From: Tubulanus polymorphus
Taxonomy: Eukaryota; Animalia; Nemertea
DNA length: 64,000 bases
Reading direction: 5' to 3'
NCBI RefSeq assembly: GCF_964204645.1
Contig: NC_134035.1
Location: forward strand, 3,534,001 to 3,598,000
Part shown: in pieces, positions 11,901-23,900 of the stretch
How positions within the stretch are numbered: the stretch's first letter is position 1
Layout of the letters: each line of letters begins with the position of its first letter
Notes under the pieces: model-generated
The model's database searches: none
Told to the model about the DNA's origin: nothing
The model's input: only the letters and a program-made list of their open reading frames with translations
Position numbers and translations under genes: made by a program

Positions 11901-14900
11901 AATCAATTGTTTCGTTTCTATATCTGGAGACTATCACAAGGTCTATGTGCCTAATATTACTATCGATTAACGAGGTATTTTATGATTCTAATTCTTTTCT
12001 AAAACGTCGTGGTATTTTCATCCACATTCTAGTTCCTTGGCGAATTGCCCAAAACAACGTTAAGCAATGTTATATTATGTTAGATATCAATATGTTCGAA
12101 TTCATGGTTTCGATCTAACGTTTTCAAAAGCTGAACAGTTAAATCGACGTAAAATGACATTGGAGAAGTTGTGGTTTGTTGGGAGGAGTATGACAAAACT
12201 TTCTGCATATTATATAGTTTAATGATTAAGTAGGGAAAAAGCTGTTAAGTCTTAGATATAACCCGTAATGATAAACAAACTATGATATCGAATTCATAAA
12301 GAATGGGTTAGTTAACTACATGCGAAAAAACGATGAACAATGAACAAAGGAATTTTGAAAGAAAAGAACTAGAAATTGTGGAAGCGATTTAGTGTGTTAT
12401 TGGTCGATGATAACAAAATTACAGTTCTATTCCATGAACAGGGGTAAAAAGAGTATAACACGTGAAAAATATTCTAAAGCTTGAGTTGATATATTATGTA
12501 CGTAAATGGTAATAATTATCGTTAATACGGTGCGTGGGATTAGTAAATAGTTAATCGTATGGACACGGTATGCAAAGGATTGGCATGCTTTGAATATTCA
12601 CGGTTTTAAGGCTAACTGTTGGTCTTCTATTAATGACTGTATCGGATTCCAGTTTATTGTGCGGCACCTTTTGCAACGTCGTCGAGGTTTCCTTGACCTG
12701 CGCATTATTATTATCATTTATCATTATATCACACTAATAGATTCAATCATTAAACTATTTCGGTTTTATTTTGGTCGTTTGAACACACGCGACCGTAAGA
12801 CACTTCAGTACATGACTAAACACGTAAACCTAATAGGAACTAACTACTAATGTCTACAGTGAATATGATATATAGATTTTAGCTACCGCGACGTAGGTAG
12901 CGGTTTTATGTGGCGGTAATGTAATATTGCGAAAAAAAGGCACACAGACAAAACGACAACAAAGATAACGCCATAGATTACACTTAAATACCTTCCATCA
13001 CCGACAAGCTTTAAAAATTGTAAAATATCAGCCTATATTTATCGTCTATTTCATCGATGGTTTTTCTAATTTCTAATAAGCATTTTATAATAATTCACTC
13101 GAGTATCGGGAGCCTATATACGAAAATTGAACCTTTTTTGAAATGAAATGGTTGCGGGTATTTCGTAGATATAGTAACGCTGCGTATATAGTCAACTTAC
13201 TGTAATAGATGTAACTGGCGAGTCAAGTTGTCTTGTTCCCTGATGTAGTCCATCAACGTGTTCTTTTGACGTTTGAGCTCGAGGCTTTTCTCTTCGTATT
13301 GCGTCCTGTAGCCGGTCAGTTCGCTGCGTACCAACGCCAGGTTGGTCTGTGCGTCGGTCAGGTCGCTTTTTAAGTACCGGTTTTCCGTGCTCATATCTTC
13401 GATGCGGTCCTTCAGCGTGGCGACCATTTCTTCCGAACACTCGCGGTCGGCCGACCGAGATTCCACCTGTAACAAGCGACACGATGTATTTCTAACTATA
13501 AATAGGCAAAAACGATTATTCTGCAAATTCTATAAGTCCGAGGCATTTTTTACCTGTTGCAACCGACGATTCGAAGCTTGTAACTCTAAAATCTCCATTT
13601 CCATGGCCCGTTTTAAGTCACCTTTTTCCATTTCGGATTTTTCGCGTTCCTTGAAAAAGAAAAGACTCGTTATTTACATTGGATTAGATAATTGTCAGCC
13701 GACAAGGAACATTCAAAAGTTTAACATTGTTAGTCCAGTTATACAGGGATATCGTTAATTGAAGTAATGTATATGTAAAAAACACAATCGTCAGAAAATG
13801 CAAAATGTTCGAATATATTTCAAAATTCAAATACATTCCCTGTAGATAGGCCACAGTATTCTGCGTTGGAAACAACGAGTTCGTTCTTTTTACGATTGTA
13901 GATTTTGCTTCTACGATCGATTAATTCTACAATCTCATAAACATATACTCGTATACATTACGATGTACACATATTTTACCACTACCTCTTTTCGAACCCG
14001 AGTCTCCGTTTTAATCATCTGATTTTCCATCTCTTCTTCCAACTGTCGTAGATGTTTTTCATGCTGTTCTTTTTCTCTATAGAAAAAAACACAATGATAT
14101 CGTCACGAAAAACTAACGCGTACGTGCACTTCAATTTAGGAATATGTTTTTTTTGCATATAGGAAAAAACAACTGTAAAATTTTGCCGTTTTTTGCCGAT
14201 TTTGCCGTTTTTGCCATTTTCTACCTTTTGAATGATTGTTCGAGTCGTTCATTTTCGAGTTGGTGTATTCGAATGTCTTTGATGACGTCGAGAATTATCT
14301 TCTCGAAGCAAGGAAGTAGTTGAGGGTACTCGGTGTGTATCGACTGGTAGAGCTCTACTACGTGTTCTTGGCTGAAATGACACATTCATTCGAAAATGTA
14401 CGTAGATTTCGTCGAAACATGCAAAAATGACGTATATCTAGTATTAAAAAACGTGGACCCTTATTGCGGCCGAAAAATTATGTCAGTTTTAGTAGTAGAT
14501 CTTAATGAGTTCTTATTATATTTTCCTATTCTACAAATACAAAAAACCCCAGAATAAACCTCCGAAACTCTTGAGTTTTTTTTTCTAAATCAAAATACTA
14601 ACAGCTCTGGCGATATAGTCATATCCAATATATTCGAATCGGGCATCGTTATGGTTCCTGTATCCCAGCGATCGATAAAAATCTATTTTTCCATATATCA
14701 AGAAATTCCGGTTTGTAATATCAATCCTAATAATATCGTTTTAAGCCATATACGTATCTCAGAACTTGTTGATGTCACAAAACCATAGTCGGATATATTT
14801 CGTGTACGTATTTCGGTATGGCGCAGACAGTACTGCGTCGAGGCAATCCCTGCAAGACTAATATACGTGTATTTAATTGCGTATATATTCATATACGCCG

Positions 14901-17900
14901 CGTTGTGCACCGTTTGTTTCGCATAAAAACGTATTTAAATCAAATACCGACTCTCCAATAACGCGCCGTAGGATTATATTCCGAGGTAGTGTTTCATTAG
15001 CAGATTTTATTGATAAGGCGTTATCAGCAATCACAGTCTGGCAACATGCGCGATTCTCCTACAAGTTCTAACTGTTATTCAAAACTGATCTATACCTCGT
15101 AAACCATTTATACAGTCTCTGATATTTCGAATAACCTTATCGTAAATTCAACTAAATTCCTTATTGCAAATTATAAGTTGGTAGATGGAAGGATATAGGG
15201 CGTGCGGGAAGACGCATGTCAATTGTGTAATAATGGAATTGGGGACGAATCTACCGTACATATTTAAACGATAGTAAGGGATTATATCTGGATTGAAGAT
15301 TTTCTACGAACCCAAACTTTTTCAAAATTTTTTATTTTTGTTGGTAAAATGGCGAGACTTTTCACTTAATGATTCCCTACAATAACTCTGCGCTCACGTG
15401 TATACAAATGTTCAACTGTACTGTAGGTCGTATACAATGTCTTTCTTTCATGTACTGTAACACTCGAATTTTTATTCGTATTTAGACCAAGTATTTGTCG
15501 AGTAAAGTGAAGTAAAATTGAATATTTTTACCGGATCGTGCAGTATAATGCTCTGCGTGCGCCTATGCGTATTATGATCGTTTGTCTGTTCTTTTCATTT
15601 CTCGGTCACGCGTAACGGTCAAGGTCGTTTTAAGTTTTCATTAACTCGCTATTGTCGAGTGTGTATTTCGTAAGGAAATTCACATAATCAACGTTTACTT
15701 TTGATCCGCCTTTTTTTGTCCCGATTACATCCGCGACAATCATGGACGATTCCACTCATGGCAAGCGAAGGTCCGCCAGATTCGCTACTAGCTTGTGGGC
15801 TTTGTTTTATGTAAACTTCTTAATTGAAATCGAACCGATTTTTCTTGAAATTCATCGATTTCAATGGAAATCTTTCCAAACACTCAGTAGAAAGGTCTAT
15901 CATAAATATGTTCGGTAACTTAAGATGCGATTATGTATTTAAATTCTAAAGGAACCTTAGAATCTTTATCAAATTTGATCAAAAATGAACTACTTCCCAC
16001 TACGCGAGTAGCTGCGAGGTGTGGCGGGTTATCCGCATCGGAATTAACTAGCGAATTTTACCAGAGAATATCTCTTTTTCCGAGTCGACAACCGCGCATA
16101 TTTCAATTCGATCGAGTCGCCGGTGTATGAAATACCTGCCTGGAAGAAGAAATGACGCTCGGTATAAAACAGGGATATTTTACCAGCGCAAACACGCTGG
16201 CAGCGATAATTTCAGCAGTAACAGCTGGCTTCATTTTCAGCTCCACCCTACACGAGCAAACAAAGCCGGTCCAGGCTGGCTATATACGTTATTATGATTA
16301 TAAGCTTTGCAGCATTATAGCGAGATCTTCGCTTCGAAGCTCGGCCTACGCAAAATCCGGGCAAAACTAACGGTGTCATTTTTATCCATATGCGTCGTCG
16401 ATTGTGTGTCATTTGTTTTTCGTTGAGACGAAGGTTGTTCGTCACGACAATATAAAAACGAGCTTTTGACGACAGTAGAAAAACAACCGTTTTATTCTTA
16501 AATGTAAAATGAGAGACTCGCGAACAAGATTTGTTTAGATTTAAGTTCAGAGTTATGTGTAATATAATCATGACTTATAGATTTTTTTGTTGGTTATAAT
16601 TTCGACTGTTAACCCGCAGCAGCCAAAGGAGTCTACACAAATTTGGCAGCCAAATCCGAATCACCCTTTTAGAATTCCATATACATCTATTATGTAATAT
16701 AAATTTTTATTATCATTATTATTATCATTTTCATTATTGTTATTATTATTAATATTATGATAATGATAATTATTATCATTATTTTCATTATTATTATTAT
16801 TAGCTATTTCGTCATCAAAATTCAATTCTACAAGATACTTTACATGATATCTATAAAAAAAACAAGCATTGGTGACGATTGCCCAATGGAATTGTGATAA
16901 GTAACTGTTTATTTTAACTGTTAGAAACACCTATAATGAAAAAGACGATCAAATCATTTTTGGTCATTTTCGAAACGGACCATTGTGAAAACCTGAATTT
17001 CCTAGTTAATTCATATTTCGTTTTAGTTGTTTGTACTGCTTTGTCGTTATTCTTTAATGTAGGTAGTTTTGCTTTGAAACGACACCGTGACCTAGACTAT
17101 GACGTCACCTGCGACGTCAAACCTGGCCGTTTCCTTAACGAACGCGCCATGTGTTAGCGTCAGTGGTGCGATGAATTAATTTCAACTGTCAAAGAAACAC
17201 CAAATTTAATTACAGTAATAATTCTCATTCTCAAATAGCAAATTGGAAGATCGCGTTTTATTTCATCGTTATTTTCGAATTAGGATTACTAGAAATTTCG
17301 CCGTGATGTAATATATATTTTTGAAATTGATAAATGATTCATATACGTATTTTGTCGTACGGTTCAGCACGGCACAGTGTATCTAAGAGGACACCTGTTG
17401 CTGCTTTACGTAGCTGAGTCATCACGGCAGATGTACTCGTTGATAATGTATGCTAAATAATTCTACGAAAATGCTAATATTATTTCCAGTTTTTATTCGA
17501 TCAAAACGCGGTTAAATCTAACCCCGCTGTTACACCAGCGGGAGTTGGGTAATCCATTGAAAATACGATACGCCCCGTGATGGGCATCTGCGCTAGCTAA
17601 ACACACGCTTGGAAATAGGCCCACTGCATGATTGATCTGAAATTCCATCCCGGGTCAAAGGCCCTATAAGTATGAAATACCATCAGCAATTCAAGCTCAT
17701 TCATATCATCTCTGAAATTGATAATTTTGAAAATTTTATACCGAACATACAGAGCCATACCTATGATTGAGATATCCGACGTTACACATAACATCCGTGC
17801 AAAAACCTAGTTTATCACATGTCGGCAGTTCAAGGCAGATACTGTGCCGCCTGCGGATCGGGAAGTGTCTGATGATATTCGGTGGGTTGTTTTCGTCTTC

Positions 17901-20900
17901 GAACAACGAGTTTATGGACGGTGGGCGGCTACATTTACCCGACGCGCCCCAAGACGCCGACCTCCGCACGGACGGCGGGAAGTGGGGACTATCGTAGAAA
18001 AGACTGTCCGTACTTTTCGTACTATCCGCGGATATTTCTTTCATGTCTTTTAAGTGTATTCGTTTCGATTTCGACGCGCAGCACGGATTTCTAGCCGCCG
18101 ATTCGTCGTCGAGGAGTTGGGGACTTTCCACCAGCGCCGTCAGAGACGACGACCTCGACGACGAAACTTCGGCCAAAGTTTGTTTGAAATCGTTTTCGCT
18201 GATTTTTCCGTCGTTATCGTAATCTAGACGGTCGAATATTTGATCGATGTCCTGACTCGCCCAGTCGGCGCAGAACGCCCGCAAATCTTCGCGCTCGATG
18301 AAACCGCTTCCGTTGACGTCACAAGCGCCGAACAGCGCTCGTTGCTGTTCGGAATCCTTCGCCGCTTCCGCGAACGCCGAAAAGTAGTCGGCCGAATTAG
18401 TCCTCTTTTCGGCGGCATCTTCGCCGATCTTGTCGCGATCTTTCTCCGACTGTTCCGGTGGTTTCGCATGTCCGTCGCCGGTAGAAGCCGCCTCCCGATA
18501 CTCGGCGGCCGCCTCGTCGACTATGGCCAGTAGAGATTTCTCGAAATCCGTTTTGCTGATTCGCCCGTCCTTGTCTTCGTCCAAAGTTTCGAAAATCTCG
18601 TCGATATCGCTCGGTTCGAGTCCGGCGCAAAACCGTCGCATGTCTTCGCGTTCGATGAATCCGCTGCGATTGAAATCGCACGCGTTGAACAGCTTTTCCC
18701 GCTTTTTGGCGTCGGTCGCGGCTTCGGCGAAGATCGTGATATCCCGCGAATCATCGGCGAAGATCGTGACATCTCGGGAATCATCGGCGGCGGCGTCCAG
18801 CTGAGTCGTCGATGTCGTCTGTTTCGGGCTGTTGACTTCTTCAGCCTTTTGAAGACGCTTCCTTTTATCCTTAGTTTCGTCTCCCTTTTTCATAATGTAT
18901 TTCAATATCGTCTGCTCACAAAGCGTAACGGACAAAGACTCGCGTTACGGTCACCAGGTGACGTCACCGGAATTCGCCGTCGTCCGAATATCAGACGAGA
19001 CTGGATCAGATAATCGGCACCTTCTCGCGACGTAGAATCCATCGCTGATAATAACTCTACCACCATAACGCTCAGCGGCGATAAAACAATACGACACTTT
19101 CTCGGAAATCCGTCGTAACCGAAGCACATTCGTCGAAAATATATGATGATAATGAAAATAACAATAATGTCGCACGTGCGTCTTGCGTCGTTTTATGTGT
19201 ATATCTCAGTTATAGAGAGATCCGTTTTGATTCGTCGCCTAATGGTAACTATACGCCGTTTAAAACACTGATACTATACGTCCCATAGTCGCGCGCAATG
19301 CTCTATAATGCATTATAATATCATCAGTCGTCGCCTAAACTATTCCTAGGCAAAACAGCTGCTTGGATATATGTATATATGTACATATTAATCATCGCTT
19401 GTGCGCTAGCGCTCTGGATGCTTGAAAAGTTGAAAATCTATAATTATCGCCGTCCATATGTTCAAATGTTATAGTTACGAAACAATGGAATTTGAATAAA
19501 TGCTAAACACGCGCGGGCCAATTATAAGCCTCTTTACGAATCGAACCGCGGTTACGCCACACGATTAAAAGTTGGAAAAACGCGTTTTTGGGATTTGGCA
19601 GCGTTGAATGTATAACCGGAATCTGCGTGCGTAGAATCGGTTTAAGCCCGGCCACACATCACTACAGTGTAGCCTACCCTTACTACTAGCTACTAGCAGC
19701 AGCAGTTCGAACAAAACGTCACAGCTCGCCGATTATCCTGCCACCAGCTGCTGTCTCCCTGTCTGCGCGTCCCTCTCGCTGAATAAGTCTCTAATCGTGA
19801 GGTCGTACAAGTCACGTCAATCGGTCTTTGCGAGTTGCAATCACATAACTCAAAAATCAGAGAGTTTTATGTCGTCGACTCGGCTCGTTTCTTTTTTCGC
19901 ATTATAGTATATCGATAGAATATATGAAATGATCTCGGTCCCACCACCTGCTCCAGCTATGGATACTCTGTTCTACTAGCGCGCACTATAATTAATAGTC
20001 CACTGCGTGCTAAAAAATGTCGATTATCTTATCGCGAATTTTTCGTGTTTGTTTAAATCCCGATATTTGCTTTACTCGCACGATTGAGGTCTGTACTAAG
20101 ATTCGGTTACCGACGACAATGCGTCCGCGGCAATCGAGTATTCCTCGTGGTGCGAGCGTAGAACCGCTTGTATAGTTAGTCGGTCCGGCTCCGGGTCAAT
20201 GTCTCTTGAAATCGAACCCAACTCATCGCAGAAGTGAATATAGATGAAAACCTAACCAAACATCGGGTAGAAAGTTCGACGGTGTTTGGCATTCGAAAGC
20301 CTACGAAAGACCCATTAATTCGTTTGATGGGCAAACGGGTTTTCCGAACGGCAAACTTTCGAACGGCGAAATATCTATGTCCTTTTTGTCTTCGTTGTTC
20401 GTGTTTCTTATGATATCGTATTTCTTATTGTAGTTCTCTTGACATCGACTGGTTTTCGGAGTTGAAATATCGAAACGAAATCATCTTTCATTCTCGCTCC
20501 CAGTGTTGTTATTGTTCCAGCATATGCAGGCCAGCAAGGCTGTAACTGCTATATAAGTATTGAATCATTGTCGATTGGTGAATTTGATGTGCTCACGAAA
20601 ATCAATCGCGTTGAATTCGAAATAAGTTGAATTCTAGTTCAAGTATAAGAAACATTTGTCCCGAGGATACTTAATAAGGCACATCGAGCCTTCCATAGTT
20701 CCCGACATATCAGATACTGTATGCAAATAGGCAGGCAGCGAGAAGTATAATTGTATATTTCAATGATCCGATTAAAATTCGTATCTAAACCGAAATCAAT
20801 AGTTTTAAACTTAAAACGTGTGATGCCCAATTTCAACTATGAATTTCCCAATTCATAGTATAGGTTAACATTATGCTGATAGGAAATATAATCATCAATA

Positions 20901-23900
20901 TCATCGTTTCTAACATCATTAGCATATCATTCCTTTCAAATCCTTCGGTGCAATACACAATACACGATGCAACTCGAGCGGCTTATTTTTCAGCTATCGA
21001 TTTTCCCAAGTTTATGGCGAAATGATTACGAAAGACTCTTTGCGTCGACGTCAGCATAAATCGCTGGTTCCACGTAACTATTTTCTTCTTTATTTCCGAC
21101 TTCGATTCAAAATTACGTAATGCTATGATATTCTTCTTCGATACTGTTTAGCTCGAAAGTCGATTTTGACGATGTCGTTAGGCTATGTGACAATACGATT
21201 TGCGTAAGCGTTGACCGCGCTACGTTTTTACGGTCAATAAACCTAGCAATAATAAATTTGCACACGTATCACACAACGCATATAGATATCTATGTACATA
21301 ATGCGTAATTTGAATAAATTTGACGGTTGAAATTAGCATCGATCCGAAATTGCGTAAAGGATCAACGGCAGCTGTTGAAATTGTATTTTTGAAATGCTCA
21401 ATACGTCACTGCGTAGGACGTGCGTGACGTCACCGTTACGAAGTATAACCGCCACCTGGTGCAGGGGTTAGGTGTTCTAGTTACAGTCAGGTAATGAATA
21501 TTCGATTTTCTGAGAATAGGTTGTTTGTAGTTTTTCTCCTTCAAAGAAGACCGGATTCAGAATCTGCCTTACGCATACCCCAATAATTATTTCGTTCAAG
21601 CAGGTTTGACGTCACGATGGCATAAGATATTATCCTATTAAACGAAAGAGAAGCTAGTCCGAAAAAGTAACTTTGAGGTAATATACTATTCGATGTTTGA
21701 ATTTTATATATCCTGTTAACATCAGACTTGAGTAAAGTACTGCATTGGCGAACATGACTGTTAGGGTCGAATCCGATATATTAGCTCAAAGTTACTTTTT
21801 GGACAGTAAAGGTCAGGATCCGATTTCATAGACTGGTATCAACTTTAACCTGGGGGTTAACTCAGTTCATTTTCGATTAAGCTAGCCGCCCCTTGGTTTA
21901 AGTTGATACCAGTCTATTATAAAACCGAGTCCTATGGTGATCTAAATTTCGCTCATAATCATATAAAATCGTCGATAAATGTTCGTGCTTGTATCATGAA
22001 TTAGTCGAACGATGGAAAAACTGTTAACGACAGCTGCTGCTGATGTGTGTTCGATTAAGAACCCACTTCATAGCGCTGAAAGTAAAGACCTACCTACGCT
22101 TTGTGAAAACATAATCATAGAATCACACGCGTGTAACATACATTCGCGTACATAATGAATATTATCGAATTTTCTAGTTCCAGCTTTACAATAATCGGGA
22201 AGATCTATCAATTAGAAAGATGGATCAGATATAATAATTGCTGAATTTGTTTTTTTCGATTTCAATTTTCCATTATTTTCTTCGCTACGATTTAAGAGAG
22301 TAAAGCAATTCATTGGTCAGGTTAACATTATGCAAATGATAGGAAATATACTATCATTATTTTTACCATCATTGAACATATCATTTTTTCTACTCCTTTG
22401 GTGAAATACAAAACAATGAATTTATTCACGTTCCCGAAAACGTTCGTTTTCAATAGACTTATTTACATAAGTTGAAAATGAGATTTATCATGTGTACGCT
22501 TCTGTGGTTATTCATTTACCCCAACTCTCAACCGGAGATGAACTTATTCGGATCGAATGCGCAATACAATTTCCCATTTCCCCTTGTCGGCACAGCTCTC
22601 GACTACATTCGATCGGAAATACCGAAAACTATTCCGCGAAAGTAATTGTCGACTAAAAAAGGGACATTAAAGGAAACGTATCGATGTGTAAACCTATATT
22701 GAGGTGAAGATCCTATTGAATTGTTCTCCGATATCGATAAACGCTTCGGTGGCGTCGTGTTCGACGACTATTTCAGGTTAAACAAACAGTTGATTTAATG
22801 ATCCATTTCATTATCCGTTCAACACGAACACACGAATACCGATATCTGGTTTGATCAGCTGCTCGATCAGGAAGCACAATCCGACATTCGATATCACGTA
22901 GGCGTATGTCGAAATCATTAAGAAAAATACATAAGTAATTGTTACGTGATATATTCGTTTGAATAAATATATTTGAAGGGTTTGGGCTGTCCGTATGAAA
23001 GGTGTCCAACGTCGAAGCGGAGGGGGGTTTGTGAACTTCGGACTTTTGTGAACAAGGGGAACGGGGATGTTGGATTTGGGCATCCTTCTTCGAGGGGAGG
23101 GGTGATCACCAATGGGACAACTTTTATGGATAATAATGTATAGGCTCTATCCGAGTTCTCTTAAGTCAAGTGCTGCATTAAATGAATGACTACTTCAACT
23201 TTCATATGAATGTTTTCAAGATAATGTATGGAATAACAAACTGTGGTCCAGAATGTATAATAGATGATTAAGTGAAAAAACGATTTATTTTGCATAACTG
23301 GATATCCGAAGTCTTAAACTGCTTTTTGTCCGACGGACAAGTGGATGGGGCTAGTGCAATAACAATGTGGACATTCTGTGGACACGGGGAGGGGAGTTGG
23401 TCAAAATCTTGCTGTTTTGTGTGGACGCCTTTTATGGACAGCCCCTTGAGATGTCGTTAAGGTCGGGATGGGACAAATCATTTACTGGCGATATTTGTAT
23501 AACCTTCAACTTCTGAATTTCTGTGGTTCTTTCTATCGATAGTTTTCTCACTACGTGCTCTAGGCTTTTAAGGACTCAGAATGGTCACTCGAACGCTCGA
23601 TGAAGTCAAGCCGTCGCATAATCAATAGATTTTTAATAATTAGTTCTGGAAGTATGCCAATTACATTCATTTGTTTGCGCTAAATTCGTACGCACTAGAA
23701 CGACGCGCATACTCCGGAACATAGCCCCGACGAAGCTGACATCCTGAAGACGTATTGCGAAAAACCTCTTATTTAACGTATACGAATTTCTTATTTTCTT
23801 GGGAAAATCAGAAAAAAGTCGTCGTCGTTGGAACCGGTGTTTTTGTTCGATTATTCCGTAATCGTTTTTTTTTCTCGCACGGGATTACGTGACGTAGCGA

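Noticed and set aside
12668-12697. Possible 30-nt cassette micro-exon (cag|...AAG|gtgccg)
   Set aside because: No polypyrimidine tract, a weak donor, and it would interrupt the conserved coiled coil.
16136-16234. Possible extra first exon [33 protein letters not shown]|gtattt
   Set aside because: The GT donor is phase 0 and does not fit the phase-2 acceptor at 14371; there is no other support.
17767-18804. Multiple overlapping alternative-frame and antisense ORFs over exon B (likewise over exon A and exon 13201)
   Set aside because: Shadow ORFs of GC-rich true coding sequence.
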